A DNA stretch of 64,000 nucleotides from Centroscyllium fabricii. Lineage: Eukaryota. A program made the position numbers and the translations under genes. Below are positions 34,774 through 48,342 of the stretch, piece after piece. The notes under the pieces are model-generated. The model was given only the letters and a program-made list of their open reading frames with translations, had not been told where the DNA came from and made no database searches. The DNA lies in assembly GCA_051313645.2 (NCBI GenBank), contig JBNRSN020000008.1, forward strand, positions 167,400,001-167,464,000. Direction: 5' to 3'. Position 1 is the first letter of the stretch. The number at the start of each line of letters is the position of its first letter.

Positions 34774-34839
34774 TCAGGTTGACGTCACTCCCTGCCTGTT
34801 GGTTGCCAGGACCGGGGGACGCCCCTCTCCCAGACTCAC
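34774..34839 (-). CDS. ARMC8: Intron read-through tail of the short ARMC8-beta isoform: [21 protein letters not shown]
   Basis: In-frame 21 codons plus TGA directly after the exon-12 donor; closely resembles the human beta C-terminus as I recall it; ATTAAA (34564-34569) and AATAAA (34375-34380) lie downstream on the minus strand. Confidence 0.8.
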   Translation of the reverse strand: MSLGEGRPPVLATNRQGVTST

Positions 34840-34935
34840 CTTCTTCCGGATGTCTTCATCATTCGCTCCAAGGGAGGCATACAACTTGAAAGCAGCTTGG
34901 CGAAGTTCATGAGCATGTTTGAGGTCGTGGTCAAG
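34840..34935 (-). CDS. ARMC8: ARMC8 exon (~12): [32 protein letters not shown]
   Basis: 96 nt; ttcag acceptor, gtgagt donor. Confidence 0.96.
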
Positions 34936-35766
34936 CTGAAGAATATTAGGAAAGAAAAAATAAAGTACCTTTACATTTTTGAGATAGAGGCAATTAATTC
35001 ATTAGTCATCAATAAAGTAGATACAGTGGCGCACGCACCAAATTAAATTAATTTGCATTTGGCCAATAAGTGCATTGAAAAATGGTAAAATATCAAATGA
35101 GTTTTCAGCAGTTATCCAATTTTATTACTGCCTTACATGAAGAGGACTCTTGTAGAAAACAGTTGCCAATTTAAACTTGGAAGTCACAGCTACAGAAAAC
35201 TATTACAGGCAAAATCAGATCTCCTTTTGCTAACAATATTGTAGGTAACAAATAAACAGTGCACCAATTGCAGTAAATAAATGGTGGCTTTGTAGCTGTA
35301 ACAGTACAATCACTCCATCACTGCAAGACAGATAATTCAAACAGCCGTCTCTGCTGAAGATTTAAAGGTTATCACCAATAGCCAAGGGATAGATTTTTTT
35401 TAATAAGTGGAGGGCGCCATCTCCTGGAGATGGGGGAAAACCACTCTTGCAGACTATATCCGATTAATTTGAAGCTACCTTGAAGGCAGCAGTAGAACAA
35501 TGAATTCACAGGTTGTTGCTCTCTGGCTGACTTAGGTCAGCAAGAGATTCAAAAGGAACAGAAATGGGAAATAAAAAGTATGGGGACAGCAAATTTTCTA
35601 CAGTGTAATAACTTAGGTTAAAACCTTGAACACAGATGCTTTTATAATGGATCATCTTTATTAATAACGATCAATATTGCAATCTATTTATATACTGCAT
35701 TATAGCAAAGTATACATTTCCTCAAAAAATTAAAAGTGCTGTAAATTTACAAGTTAGGAAACTTAC

Positions 35767-35967
35767 CCTTTTGATATCTGTGATTGCACTGACTGAACTA
35801 GGATACTTGAAGTAATCAGCAAGCATTGCAATAAGATGATCAGTGATGCTGGCAATCCTCTGCAGCTCTACATCAGGTTCGATCAAGTATGCCAAGGTTT
35901 CAGCACCTTCCACCCGCTCCTCCAGCAGCCTCTCTTTGCTGCACATCCTAACCAGGCATGGGAGCGT
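35767..35967 (-). CDS. ARMC8: ARMC8 exon (~11): [67 protein letters not shown]
   Basis: 201 nt, overlaps ORF 35722..35946; ttcag acceptor, gtaagt donor. Confidence 0.97.
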
Positions 35968-37915
35968 CTGAACAGAGAAGAAATTTGATTGGGTTAATCA
36001 GCATATTTGCAACACATACAATAGCCTAATTTCTTGTGTGGGTGGGAGACTCACCCGAGGATCAATGGAGGATGGATTTTTAGGGATTAGAGTTTGTAGT
36101 GCGCTGCCCCCTTGCCATCAGCGTGTGAATGAACACCGAAAAAACAGTGGATCACTCAATGGCATTGTAGATTCAACTGTATTTCACAAGCCACTGTCCT
36201 AAAAATAGGTCACCTTCCAATTGTATTTTACTTTCCATCAGTTGAACCCATATAACATTATGTAACTGAACTAATTTGATACATGTATATTTTGGAGGGC
36301 AGGGGGAAAGAGAAGTGATAATAAAGGGAACTTGAGATATGGTACCATGATGTGGCTACAAACTGTCCTGGTTGTATGGCACTTAATAATGTAATGTCAA
36401 ACTGGTAGCAGTAAAGGGCAGAAAACCAGAAAAATCCAGAATACGATATTGTAAAGCTAAATCATCTAATTCTTGCCAAATAATTCCTCAAACAAAGTTC
36501 CCCTTTATTGGGACAGAAAGTCCAACCATCTTGAATTTCACAAACACAGATCAATGTGACAACGTGCAAGCAAGTTGAGCCTCAAAACAAGTGCATGCAA
36601 GAGTGTTATTTGAGGTGAAAGGAAATGGAGTTTGCAATGACCAGAAAATGTCCAGTGGAATTCTCTATTTTGATAATAGAAAATAGTGATTCAAGTACTG
36701 CAAGAAGCTCAATGAACTCTTGAAAATGCATCTCAAACACAAAAGATGATTATATTAAACGGTCAATATCAAAACAAATGAATCCACAAAGTATATCTTA
36801 GTTGGCTTCAGTGGACAACTTCTTGACAAGGTGAGACAGCTGGACTTCAGATTCAGAATGGGCTGGATCTTGCTGGATCAGGGCATCTCACGGTATGCCC
36901 AGTCAGTTAGACTTTTTTCTGCACCCTTCAGTGAGAAAACATTTTGCACAGTAACTTGCTGGAAGTGAGAGCGGACAATGATGCGGCAAGGGCAAAGGAG
37001 CATCTGGGACCTTCAACCACAGGACCAACAGTCTATCTCCTTAACCAATGATACACTTATTTTTATACACTTCAGTTTTTTATCATTTGTAGATTAATAG
37101 CAAAGCATATAGCAACTTGGGAAGCATGAAGAGTTAGGAAAAACCTCAAGAGTTTCTCGGCAATACAAAGCTAAGGAAGATGGAGCTGCAAAACTGAGGC
37201 ACTACTGGGCCACCCCTGACAGAAGGGTACAATTGTATTGCGACAGTTTACACAGTTTTTAAATGCAGACACAGGAATTTATAAAAGGAAAAAATTGACA
37301 GGAAGTGCATGCTCAGGCAAAATGTTTAATAGGTATAGTACAGTGCTGTCCAATATATTAGCCCCTAGCCACATGGGGCAAACTGGGAATCCAGTAACCG
37401 TGAACTGCATTTCTGATTAGGAAATAATAAATAAGTAATAGACATCTCCATTAGGCATGTGATTGCAATACTCATTTGCATGGTGTTGCCATGTGTTCTT
37501 TACAAGCTTTTTGTGCGTTTGTTGGTAAAAGTTAGAAGATGAAAAGCAGAGTGTGCGAGTGCTTTACTTCACTGATTACTGAATGGTGGTAGATGTTCAT
37601 AAAGTAAATATACACGTGAAGGACATTTACCTGCATCCTGTGGGTGTATGCCGCTGAATCCCTCATTCATGCCGTTGCTATCTCCAGACAAGACTACCCA
37701 AATGTTCTCCTCCCTCTCATCCTTCACAACCTTCAGCTCATCTAACACCAAATCCACTTGTCTGTTAGTCCTGTTCTTACTAAACTACATCGGCCTCCAT
37801 CTCCCAATGCTTCCAATCTAAAATTCTGATCCTCATGTTTAAAGACTTCCATTGCAGCACCCTTCCTCCAACCTTCTCCAGCCCAACACCCTGCTCCCAG
37901 AGCTCATTATTGCTA

Positions 37916-38488
37916 CAGGTACACAATCTTTTATCCGCAACTCCGAAAACCGTAAAGCTCCGAAAATCAAACAACGTTTGAGCACAAACCTAAATCTAAA
38001 TCGGGGTCTAAAGCCTGCACCAGGTTTCCAGCCCACCCGCGGGTACAATTCCTCCCCGAGCCCACAATCTCCGACCGCCTCCCGGGAGCGTCTCTTCCAT
38101 TGCAGAGGACGGCAATGCACCTGTGCATGAGCAAAGCGCCGTTCCGCACCTGCGCACTGGGCCACCAACACAGCAATGCACCTGCGCATGCGCAGAGCGC
38201 CGTTCCGCACCTGCGCACTGGGCCACCAACACAGCAATGCACCTGCACATGCGCAGAGCGCCGTTCCGCACCTGCGCACTGGGCCGCCAACACGGCACTG
38301 CGCCTGCGCAGAGCGCCGTTCCGCACCTGCGCACTGGGATGCTAACACGGCACTGCGCCTGCGCATGCGCAGAGCGCCATTCCGCGCCTGCGCACTGGGC
38401 CGCCAACATGACCATCCGAAAACCAAAAAAATCAAAAATCCTAGACCCATCTGGTCCCAAGGGTTTCGGATAAAGGATTGTGTACCTG
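37916..38488. mobile_element. Tc1/mariner-pogo-type MITE with internal minisatellite
   Basis: 22-bp TIR CAGGTACACAATC(T/C)TTTATCCG with 1 mismatch; TA TSD on both sides; sits in an L2-like 3' remnant. Confidence 0.88.
38112..38408. repeat. Minisatellite, about 5 copies of a ~61-bp GC-rich unit
   Basis: Unit GCAATGCACCTGCGCATGCGCAGAGCGCCGTTCCGCACCTGCGCACTGGGCCACCAACACA. Confidence 0.92.
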
Positions 38489-39363
38489 TAATTACTTTTG
38501 ACTTTTGTGCATTGAAATGAGGGGTGGGATGCATTCAGCTGGCTAAGCAAAATCAGCTGAAATTCCTTCCCTGAACCTCTCCTCTTTTAAGACCCTCTTT
38601 AAAACCTACATCTTTCACCAAGCTTTTTGTCACTCTTAAAATATCCTTCTTTGGGTTGGCTTCCATTTTTTTCCTTGGGACATATCTCAACATTAAAGTA
38701 GCTATACAAATTCAAGTTGTTGAATTAAGGGTTAATTGCGCAATAGAATAAAACATGGAGCGCTGATTTTTTGAAATCAAATACAGCCTAGTGCTAGCTT
38801 CAGACCTAAATAGTTACTAAGCGAGACAAGAACAAACTCAAGGGTACAACTTTACTTGCATAGCTGTTAATGTTGAAGAAGAAAGTGTCAGATCTGGAGC
38901 AAGAAAATATGGAAAAGTAGTGTTCCGAAATGGGAGAGGCTCCCACAGCTACAAGATGGCACATTCGGAGGCAGCCTTACTTTAATAAAATTTTGGCAAT
39001 AAGAAACAATGGGAAATGAGACCAATAATTCACTGTGGGTACTACAATGTTTTGTCATGCTTGAGATGTAATTGTTTTCTTGTACGAGTAACTCAGCTAT
39101 AGATCAGATGACATTATCCCAAAACAAGGATCTGTGATTGTACAAAAGTAAGAGGACATGGAACTTCATGCTCATATTGGACTTGTTTAAAAAAAAAAAT
39201 CAAAGTGTTGCCTAGAACTTTCAGTCCTGAAGGAAAAATTGAGTCAGAAACTTTAATGTTACATGGCTGCCCTATGTAATAGTATGACCATCAGTAAAAC
39301 AGGGCACACAGCAGAAAAAACTCTCCAAACAGGTTGAATATATTATTGAAACCTCATACCCAC

Positions 39364-39424
39364 CTTTAAAACTATACTGTTATCATCTGTCCGAATTGCA
39401 CCAGCCCTGCACATGTAAGTCAAA
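39364..39424 (-). CDS. ARMC8: ARMC8 exon (~10): (C)LTYMCRAGAIRTDDNSIVLK
   Basis: 61 nt; ttacag acceptor, gtgggt donor. Confidence 0.95.
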
Positions 39425-39707
39425 CTGTAAAATGATAAAATTGAAATAGAAGTTACAGGAATACACATGTCCCGAATACACAAGGTTCAGAATTCCTTTT
39501 GAGTTTTGTTAATCTTATGAGGCAGACAACAAGCTCAGTTGACATGTTAAGAACTAAACAAATATCCTCAAATGATTAGCACTGTAAGCCATAACATTTT
39601 GAAGGGCAGCAATCTAAAGCTGTAGAAGCAGTTTATTTATAGATTTAATTTAAATTACATGACATATCTTTGACAAAATGTCACCAGTGAGAAAACTGAA
39701 TAGGTAC

Positions 39708-39798
39708 CATTTTGCAGATGTCAGCTGCATTTCAATAGGTTTATCCCTCTGCATCATCTTCACGAATACTTGGGGTAATAATTCACCATCTACCAAAA
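39708..39798 (-). CDS. ARMC8: ARMC8 exon (~9): (V)[29 protein letters not shown]
   Basis: 91 nt; ttttag acceptor, gtacct donor; phase 1 to 2. Confidence 0.95.
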
Positions 39799-40461
39799 CT
39801 AAAATAGGACAGAAGTGATATTAGATATGTTGTAACCAAAATGTTTGAAAAAGGATGTTTGTATTGGCTTCGTAGTAGCTTTTACAAGAATGAGCTTGTA
39901 CGTCACTGACAAGAACAGTAAATGTTGCATTAATTATGCCAGAACCAATGTATTAAATCTATCTTAAGCTACACTACACCCCTATAAAATAAATACAAGT
40001 ATGAAAATCACCCCTGTAGCTTTGAGTTCTACAAAAGATAGCAGAGCCGCATCAACACAAATCAATGACTGGCCTAGAGCACCAGAGGGTGCCCTTGATC
40101 TCCAAAGCAAGCATGACAGACAGGAAAGAATGTCCACGTAAAGGGAAAGCACACAGAATTATTTTTTAAATTCCTTCTGTAAAATTAGATTTAAAAAATC
40201 TGGTAACAAAACTACTGCAGGAGTCAAGCTAGCATCTAGACTGAACCCAACATTGACTCCGAGTAACACCTGTAAAAAGAATTCTATTGAAATGCTAGGC
40301 ACACTGGTGTATAGGTTTATGAAAACCCACATTAAAGTTCAACTCACTAATTCGATTGCATACTAGGATTGTAGTTATTTGAAAAATTATACTTCATGCT
40401 TCAGGAAATGACACAGGAGAAAATAAGTAGGCAAAGAAGTTAAGCAACACACACTACTCAC

Positions 40462-40537
40462 CATTTACAAGAGTCAAAGAAACCTGGGGATTTTCATAAG
40501 CCAAGACTGAAAAGCATTTTAATGCCTGCATCTGAAC
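40462..40537 (-). CDS. ARMC8: ARMC8 exon (~8): VQMQALKCFSVLAYENPQVSLTLVN
   Basis: 76 nt; gatag acceptor, gtgagt donor. Confidence 0.95.
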
Positions 40538-41029
40538 CTATCGAGAGATAAAATAAAAAATCAAATACTCAGTTTTAACATTAAACTTTAAAAGTTTTGA
40601 ATTCACATCAGTCTCAAATTTAAAACTAGAGTCAAAATCATACCCAACTTTAAAAAATTGCTTGATACGGGGATAAAGGCCATTATTTCCAGATCATGGT
40701 AAGGAAACTAATAGGAGGATGGGAGGTTTAGACTACTTGGCCATATGGTCTTCTCCTGCCCAAAACATTACTATATATTTTTTTTTAATAAAGTGTATGC
40801 TTACGAGATCACAGAGGAGGGTGAGAATTACTGGGAAAAAAGGGCCTTATGGCAGGAACTTTTCCTTTCATAAAAACTAACAACTCCCCTCAGTTATTTA
40901 TACATTCGTACCCCAAAATAGGGTTGGTCTCCCCTGACCATCTAACATTCAGGGTTGAAGAGGTGGAAGCACAATCTGCTCCCCGGCACCCACCGAATAT
41001 AACTGTCAATCATAGTCATTGCATTGCTA

Positions 41030-41685
41030 GCAATAGTTTTTCTGCCCCATCAGCTCGGGAGTTCCCCCAAGGATTCATCCTTTTCCTCATTTACACACTA
41101 CCCTTGGCAACATCATCCACAAACATGGGGTCAGCTTCCACACATATGCCGATGCCTCTCCAACCACTCCATCCCCTCCACGGCATCTTTGCTGCCAAAC
41201 ATCCAGTCTTGTTGAAGAGACAACTTCCGCCAACTGAATATTGAGACGCTCAATCATTTCCTTTGGCCCCCACCGACTCCATTCCTCTCCTTGGTCACAC
41301 TATTTGCAACTACAGCATCCTGTTCAACCCCAAGCTGAATGTCAGACCCTATATCCCCTGCATCACAAGGGCTCACTATTTCCACCTCTACTGTTACATC
41401 GACCCATTCACTGCAAAAGCTCTTATTCATAACTTTGACAACTCCAGACTCAGTTACTCCAACGTTCTCCTGGTTGGGCTGCCATCCTCTAACCCCATAA
41501 ACGTCAGGGCATCTAAGGTGATGCTTCTTGTATCTCATCCCACAAGTACCAGTCACCACACCCCCATCCTTGCCAAGCTATATTGGCACCTGGCCCCTCA
41601 ATCGCCTTGCCCTTTCCTATATCTAACTTCTTCCAGCCTTACAACCGCTCTCCCCAAAATCTCAGTTCCTCTGACTCGAGGCTTT
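41030..41685 (+). mobile_element. Old L2-like remnant
   Basis: PQGFILFLIYTLPL, SRLSYSNVLLVGLP, HTPILAKLYWH motifs. Confidence 0.65.
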
Positions 41686-42154
41686 TTAATAAAAGGGGGC
41701 CTGATGGAGACACTCCCTATTCAACATCAACTAAAGATGGGGGGGGGGGGGGAGAGAGAGAGGAGAAAGAAGAGGGTTGGTATTAGGAAGCAGTTGACAG
41801 CTAATGATCAGCTGATGAAAACACCTGCAGTAGTAGCTATGAATGTTAGCCATTTTCTTGCATGTCAAAGAATTTCAGTTCAAAGACATATTGGAAAGAT
41901 TAGGAGTGGCTCTCGCACATCACAAAAACAATTTGGCATTTTCCAAAAGATACATCAAAAAGAACCTTTTAGATCATTAAGGGGTATGTAATAATTTAAA
42001 TGAATAAAGTTTGTTTTCATAAATAAAAATGTTCTTCCTTTTTGTTTAGAAATTAAATTGGGTATTTCTGGTACAAACAGGATGCTTTAGTAGTCCTAAC
42101 AACATTTAAAGTATTTAATTGAATATTTCTACTCTATAATTTTCAGGCACTTAC

Positions 42155-42235
42155 TTTGTAAGAAGGTGAAGTCAGTAGGTGGGCAATGTTCTGAACTGCA
42201 CCATGGGTGAACAACACAGCCTGGTGTTCTGGCGT
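42155..42235 (-). CDS. ARMC8: ARMC8 exon (~7): [27 protein letters not shown]
   Basis: 81 nt; ttacag acceptor, gtaagt donor. Confidence 0.95.
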
Positions 42236-42697
42236 CTGTAACAAAAACAAGAGGCATTTTAATATTTCTGTTCCACTTCACTTACAAATGGTTAATGAGG
42301 GGGAGGGAAAAGACGAAAAATCATCCACATTAAACACAATTATTCAGCTACAAATAACAGACTTAAACGGCAGGATTAGCTCATTTTTAGTTTGGATCGA
42401 AAGGGGAAAAATCTGCCCATGCAGAAGTGGAAGTGATTTGTTTTCAAAATGGCAATTTTAAAGTCAATGTGACAGTTTTATATCAAATGTCATTAACAGG
42501 TAAAAACAATTGTCGTTATACCATGTCTACAAAAAGCTGCAAAAATAGCTGAACCATATTTTTAAAATTAAGAAACTACAGCAAAGGACCATGGTCAATA
42601 GTGAGGATTAAAAATGACTTGCATTTATATAGCAACTTATCACATCTCAAACTTCTCAAAGTATTTCATTATTAGCGATTTACTCAAATGCAGGCAG

Positions 42698-44400
42698 ATA
42701 AGAACATAAGAACATAAGAAATAGGAGCAGGAGTAGGCCAATCGGCCCCTCGAGCCTGCTCCGCCATTCAACAAGATCATGGCTGATCTGATCCTAACCT
42801 CAATTTTATTTTTACTCTCCACCCCGCCCAGACCAATGTGATCACCTGGGAGAGGTGAAAAACCAGATTTTAAAAAAGTAGCCAATTTTGGAGAGAAAAA
42901 AAAAATCAGGAAAATTACTCTCCGACCCATCTAGGCGATCGAAAACTGGTCCAGGAGATCACATGGCCGATCTGAACCTAGCCTCACATCCACTTACCAG
43001 CCTGTTCACCATAACCCCTAATTCCCTTTAATTCCAGGAAACTGTCTATCTCAGTTTTAAATTTATTCAACGTAGTAGCTTCTACAGCTCTCTGGGGCAG
43101 CAAATTCCACAGCCGCACCACCCTCTGAGTAAAGAAGTTCCCCCTCATCTCAGTTTTGAAATGGGAGCCCCTTATTTTAAGATTATGCCCCCTAGTCCTA
43201 GTCTCACCCACCATTGGGAACATCCTCACCGCATCCACCCGATCAAGCCCTCTCACAATCTTATATATTTCAATAAGATCGCCTCTCATTCTTCTGAACT
43301 CCAATGAGTAGAGGCCCAATCCACTCAGCCTCTCGTCATATGTTAGCCCCCTCATCCCCGGAATTAACCTAGTGAATCTTCTCTGCACTGCCTCGAGAGC
43401 AAGTATGTCCTTTCTTAAATAGGGACACCAGAACTGCACGCAGTATTCCAGGTGTGGTCTCACCAATACCCTGTACAACTGCAGCAAGACCTCCCTGCTT
43501 TTATACTCAATCCCCTTAGCAATAAAAGCCAACATTCCGTTGGCCTTCCTTACCACCTGCTGCACCTGCATATTAACTTTGTGTCCCCTGCACCAGGACC
43601 CCCAGATCCCTTTGCACTGAAGTACTTTCCAGTTCCTTTCCATTTAGATAATAACTCGCTCTATTATTTTTCCTGCCAAAGTGCATAACTTCACATTTTC
43701 CAGTATTATACTCCATCTGCCAAATCTTTGCCCACTCACTTAGCCTATCTATGTCCTTTTGCAGGTTTTTAATGTCCTCCTCATTCATCACCCTCCCTCC
43801 CATTTTTGTGTCATCCGCAAACTTTGATATGTTGCACTTGGTCCCTTCTTCCAAATCGTTAATATAGATTGTAAAGAGTTGGGGTCCCAGCACCGACCCT
43901 TGCGGAACACCACTAGTGACTGACTGCCAGTCTGAGAACGAACCATTTATCCCAACTCTCTGTTTTCTGTTAGAAAGCCAATCCTCCACCCATGCCAGAA
44001 TATTACCCCCAACCCCGTGATTTTTTATCTTGAGTAATAATCTTCTGTGGGGCACCTTGTCAAATGCCTTTTGGAAGTCCAAATACACCACATCCACTGG
44101 TTCCCCTTTATCCACCCTATATGTTATGTCCTCAAAGAACTCTAGCAAATTTGTCAAACATGACTTCCCCTTTGTAAAACCATGCTGACTGTCCTATTAA
44201 ATGGTGTTTATCCAAATGTCCTGTTACTGTTTCCTTAATAATAGATTCTAACATTTTGCCAACCACAGATGTTAGGCTAACTGGTCTATAATTTCCAGCC
44301 TTCTGTCTATTGCCCTTTTTAAATAAAGGCGTTACGTTAGCAGTTTTCCAATCTTCCGGAACCTTTGCCGAGTCCAGAGAGTTTTGAAAAATTACCAATT
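42698..44400 (-). mobile_element. Relatively young 5'-truncated CR1 LINE (RT domain to 3' UTR)
   Basis: ORFs 44132..44581 (part), 43573..44157 ([25 protein letters not shown]) and 42984..43643; (TTCTTATG)n tail. Confidence 0.93.
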
Positions 44401-47400
44401 TTTCAAAACTCACTGGACTCAGAAGTGGTGAATAAGTGGCACTAAGCTTGGATTGTAAAATGCTTGATGATTGGGAGATGGGAGAAGAGAGAAAAACTCC
44501 ATTTGAACTCCTAGTAATCAATGAGTAAAAGCAGAAGACAGCGTAATGAGGCACAGGAGGATTTTTAGTGGATTGAGACACAAATACATTGCACTATTTC
44601 ACAGAAAAAAATCACAGCAGTGGTCTGGAGATTCTATTTATTATTTTGGTTAACCCCTTCAGCTGCATCTTGTATCTCTAATATTCACGAAAGGAAAGAG
44701 AGGAAGGTGCTCCAACCTACACACAACTCCACAAATACATCAAGGTTGCTTCTTGTCTAACAGGAGTCACATGAATGGAACCCCATAATTCATTTTGCCT
44801 CCATCCCAGACAATCTGGATAATTAGTAATATATCTTCCAACAGAAAGCAAGAGACCAAATATCAGTCAGGATGGGATTGACGACAGAACATTCATCTCA
44901 TTTCAGGAATAGAATCTTTACATTATTGGATTAGGAATTTATAGCTGGTTAGTATTGTAACAAGTCCAAAGATGTCTTTTCTGATCTTCTGGGAAGGTTA
45001 TCTATAATTCTCTACATGGGGATGGTGGGGAAATACATAACCTGGTCTAATAGGCAAAAGGAAAGGTCTCATACCTGTTGTCTATTGCTAATAGACAGAA
45101 CTCCTGGACAAAACAAAAAATGTTTAACTGGTCTGATGGGTTAGAGTAAACAAGAATATTCAAGTACTGTACAGCAGTGTGCCACTTCAATAGAAGACAC
45201 TAGGCTCATCGCTAATGGTTATTCAATTCAAAAATGAGCTCTGTTTTTCATAGCATGCCAGGTATGCCTAAAATATTAATTTATCTGCTCTCTCCAGAAG
45301 ATACTGACTGATCTACTGTGGGTTTGGAGCATCTTCTATTTTATGTTTCTGGTACTAATTATGTCCACATTAGCACATCTGGCAGACACATATGGTAATT
45401 TTAACTGAGGTATTTGTATTGCTTTATTAGTGTTAAATGGTCTGAGGCCACTTAGGTGATAAAATTATTCAATACTTGTCTCTGGGCTCTCAGTTTACTG
45501 CTGTAAATCTTTGAAATCCATTTTTGATGGACGGCTTTAAATGATTGTGAAAGTATCCTCACTTTCTGGTCACAGAAAAGTTGAAATCCTTGCTCACCAT
45601 TTCCTTTCTTGATGTACTGCTATGTAGGCCTATGACAAACGGAGGAGTCCATTTCTTTCCCATGTAAATATTGTCCAAAATTGTGAATTACTGTAGAGTC
45701 AGGCCTTTATTCTTTTGAAATATTTTAAAGTACTACTACTGTACTCATTTGGCTAATTAATTCATTTTGCTTGTGTTATTTATGTCTCTTCATTAAGGGG
45801 GTTCAAAAACAGATCTGAACCAAGTTCAATATTATAGCATTGTAGTTACAGATTTAATCAGCATGCAAATAACTAAGTGAAGTATCAAGCGATTGCCAGT
45901 GTTGTTTGTTAAATTATAAAATTATTTTAAAAAGTTAGTCCAGATTATGTACTCAACATTCTCCAGTGGGATTTGCAGCCACAACTCTGATGCAAGAGTG
46001 ACATCAACTGAGCCAAGCTGGCAGAAAATAAATGCAAGTGCAAGCAGAAAGTGATGAAAACAAATTCAGTTGGTGATTAATAATGATTGGCAAGCATCTT
46101 TTGCACTAAAATCCTTGCCAACGATCAGAACGCACCAATTCATTTTCCTCACTTTCTAATCACACCGTCCTCTCCCATTGCATTACTATATCTACCACAC
46201 AGACTCCTTCCAGAATAGGCGCAGTTCAATCTCCATTGATCTTACCATGCCCAACATTTTTCTCTCACCTAAGCACTCCCTGATCAAAATGACTCACCAC
46301 AACTTACAATTTCTCACTCAAGGCTTAAGAGTATTCAGAAGGGTTCTGTTGTACTACGTTATCGCTGGAGGCAAGGAGGGGAGAAGAAAGGGAGATAGGA
46401 TGTAATCATGCTCATTTGGAATATTGGGTCAGATCTACGGTGCTGTGCATCAGGGGCAGGAATGGGCTAAACAAAAAGATGCTACTTAAATGTATCCATT
46501 ACCATTCATCAATGAATCTACTAAGCAGGGTTTACTTCACGTACTTATCTTTTTATATGACTTTAGATTGAGTAGTAATGTGGATGCTAAATTGTTTCCA
46601 GTTACCATATCTGAACATGCTGCTTCTTTGGTTCACAGGATAACCAACATACAAAACTATACATTTCCATGGGAATAATCTGGTTTCCTTTGTTTGATAA
46701 GGTTTCCTATATTTGTAAATCAATTTTGTTAGAGGATTGTACAGTGGCCAGCTCAATTCTGTTTGAGATGTTAATTCATATAAATTTGTAGACTGGGGAA
46801 AGTAGCCACACTCAAGAACTTAAATCTAATCCATCGGGAGTCTTGTGTCTATCAGAGTGGTAGCAATGGCAAATAATTTGATGCCTACTCATTGTGGAGA
46901 ATCTGTTTGATCTTTGAATACACCTTACTTGGACTGCAAAAGACAGGAATACAACTTCATAGGAGGCAAGTCATTGCATCATATTTATTTCATCAAAGGT
47001 GTAGCTAAACTTTACTGTTGGGGTTTTTATTGTTTTGGAACTCTAGATGTATCATTAATAATCAAGTATTATACTACTGGTCTGTTGCTGTATTCTTCTA
47101 CTTTTGTGTAATTATCTTACTTGCAAATAAGTCAGGGATTATTTTTAGCCCAAACCCAACACTAATAATTATCACCTTTTGGAACTGTACAGATGGGCCG
47201 CTCAATCCTGACCTAAACCCTCCCACCTCTGGTGACAACTTCACAGTAAAAAGGGCAAGTTTTAGTCCTGTGATATGCTATTCTATTTACAACACAAGGA
47301 TTTGTAAGGGACTCGGCCCACTTACAGAAACTCTTTTTTCTGTGAACACGTTATAAATGTTGGGAGAAAGCCAAAATTGTAACATGGAATATGCAGCAGA

Positions 47401-47572
47401 GATGGTTCGCACCTATGCAAGCTGCATCAAGGCACCAAAGGAAAATGCCAAACTAGGTCTTACATAGGTGGGGTCAAAACAGATAAGTAGAATATAAAAT
47501 TTTCATTATCAGCAGAAATGTATCCAAGACTACAGCCATGATATTCAGCTCCCAGCAATAACTCCACACTCT

Positions 47573-48342
47573 GGGGGGAATTTTAACCTAAAAACGGGTG
47601 GGTTGGTATTGTGTGGGAAGTTAGTGTTAAAAATCTGAATCCTGACCTAAACCCTCCCACCTCCGGTTTTAACAAAGGCGGACGGGGGCGGGCAGCCAAT
47701 CCACTGCCATGAGGCAGGTCATCTATTTTATAATATTATAAGGAGGCTGCCATGCCTCAGCTTTAACCTCCATTTTGAAATCAACTTTAGGTGGTCGAAT
47801 TTTGCACACCTCGTGAAACCCGCCAGCTAATGCAAGGCGAGGACTGCTGGATCCAAGAGGTAAATACCTTCACATTTACCTCCTGGATCCAGGGCCCCCA
47901 ACCTAATCCACCCCCTGCAATCAGACTCTACCCTCCTAAATGAGGCCCCCCCGATTCCCTCTTCCGGCCGCCGATCTTGGGTGACCCCACCGCGCTGCTC
48001 CTGGGCCCAGATCCTTTCAGACTCCTCCCCCCTACCCCGTGCTCCTCCAACCCCCGATCCTTCAGCAATGCACACCACCACCCCCACCCCTAATCAACTT
48101 TGGACCCCCCCTCCCACCATGTGAACCAACCCTCCCTCCTCGCTGCAGCCTAGTGCCACAGGCCTACCTGCCCAGAGCCAGCCAGCCTCTCAATCTGGCT
48201 GGGAACTAGAGGTTTCCCATGCAAATCGGGTCCTGCCGTTAAATTCGGCAGGGCCTGAAGGAAACCCATTCTCCCGGGTTTCCCTACTGCCTCGGAGCTC
48301 CCTGCTCCCAACTCGCGTTCCCCATTAAAATTCAGCCCCCCC
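47573..48342. mobile_element. GC-rich non-autonomous DNA element resembling 21357-22152
   Basis: Ends GGGGGGAATTTTAA.../...TTAAAATTCAGCCCCC. Confidence 0.5.

Noticed and set aside
38112-38408. CRISPR-like array or repeat-protein genes (ORFs 37839..38534, 38008..38550 etc.)
   Set aside because: Units are contiguous with no unique spacers, lie inside a TIR-bounded MITE in a vertebrate intron, and are open in several frames only because GC-rich repeats lack stops
41263-41991. 242-aa ORF as a novel gene
   Set aside because: The first part is decayed L2 ORF2; the rest runs through poly-G and low-complexity intron sequence antisense to ARMC8
42984-44581. Functional reverse transcriptase gene
   Set aside because: 5'-truncated CR1 with frameshifts; no endonuclease, ORF1 or promoter
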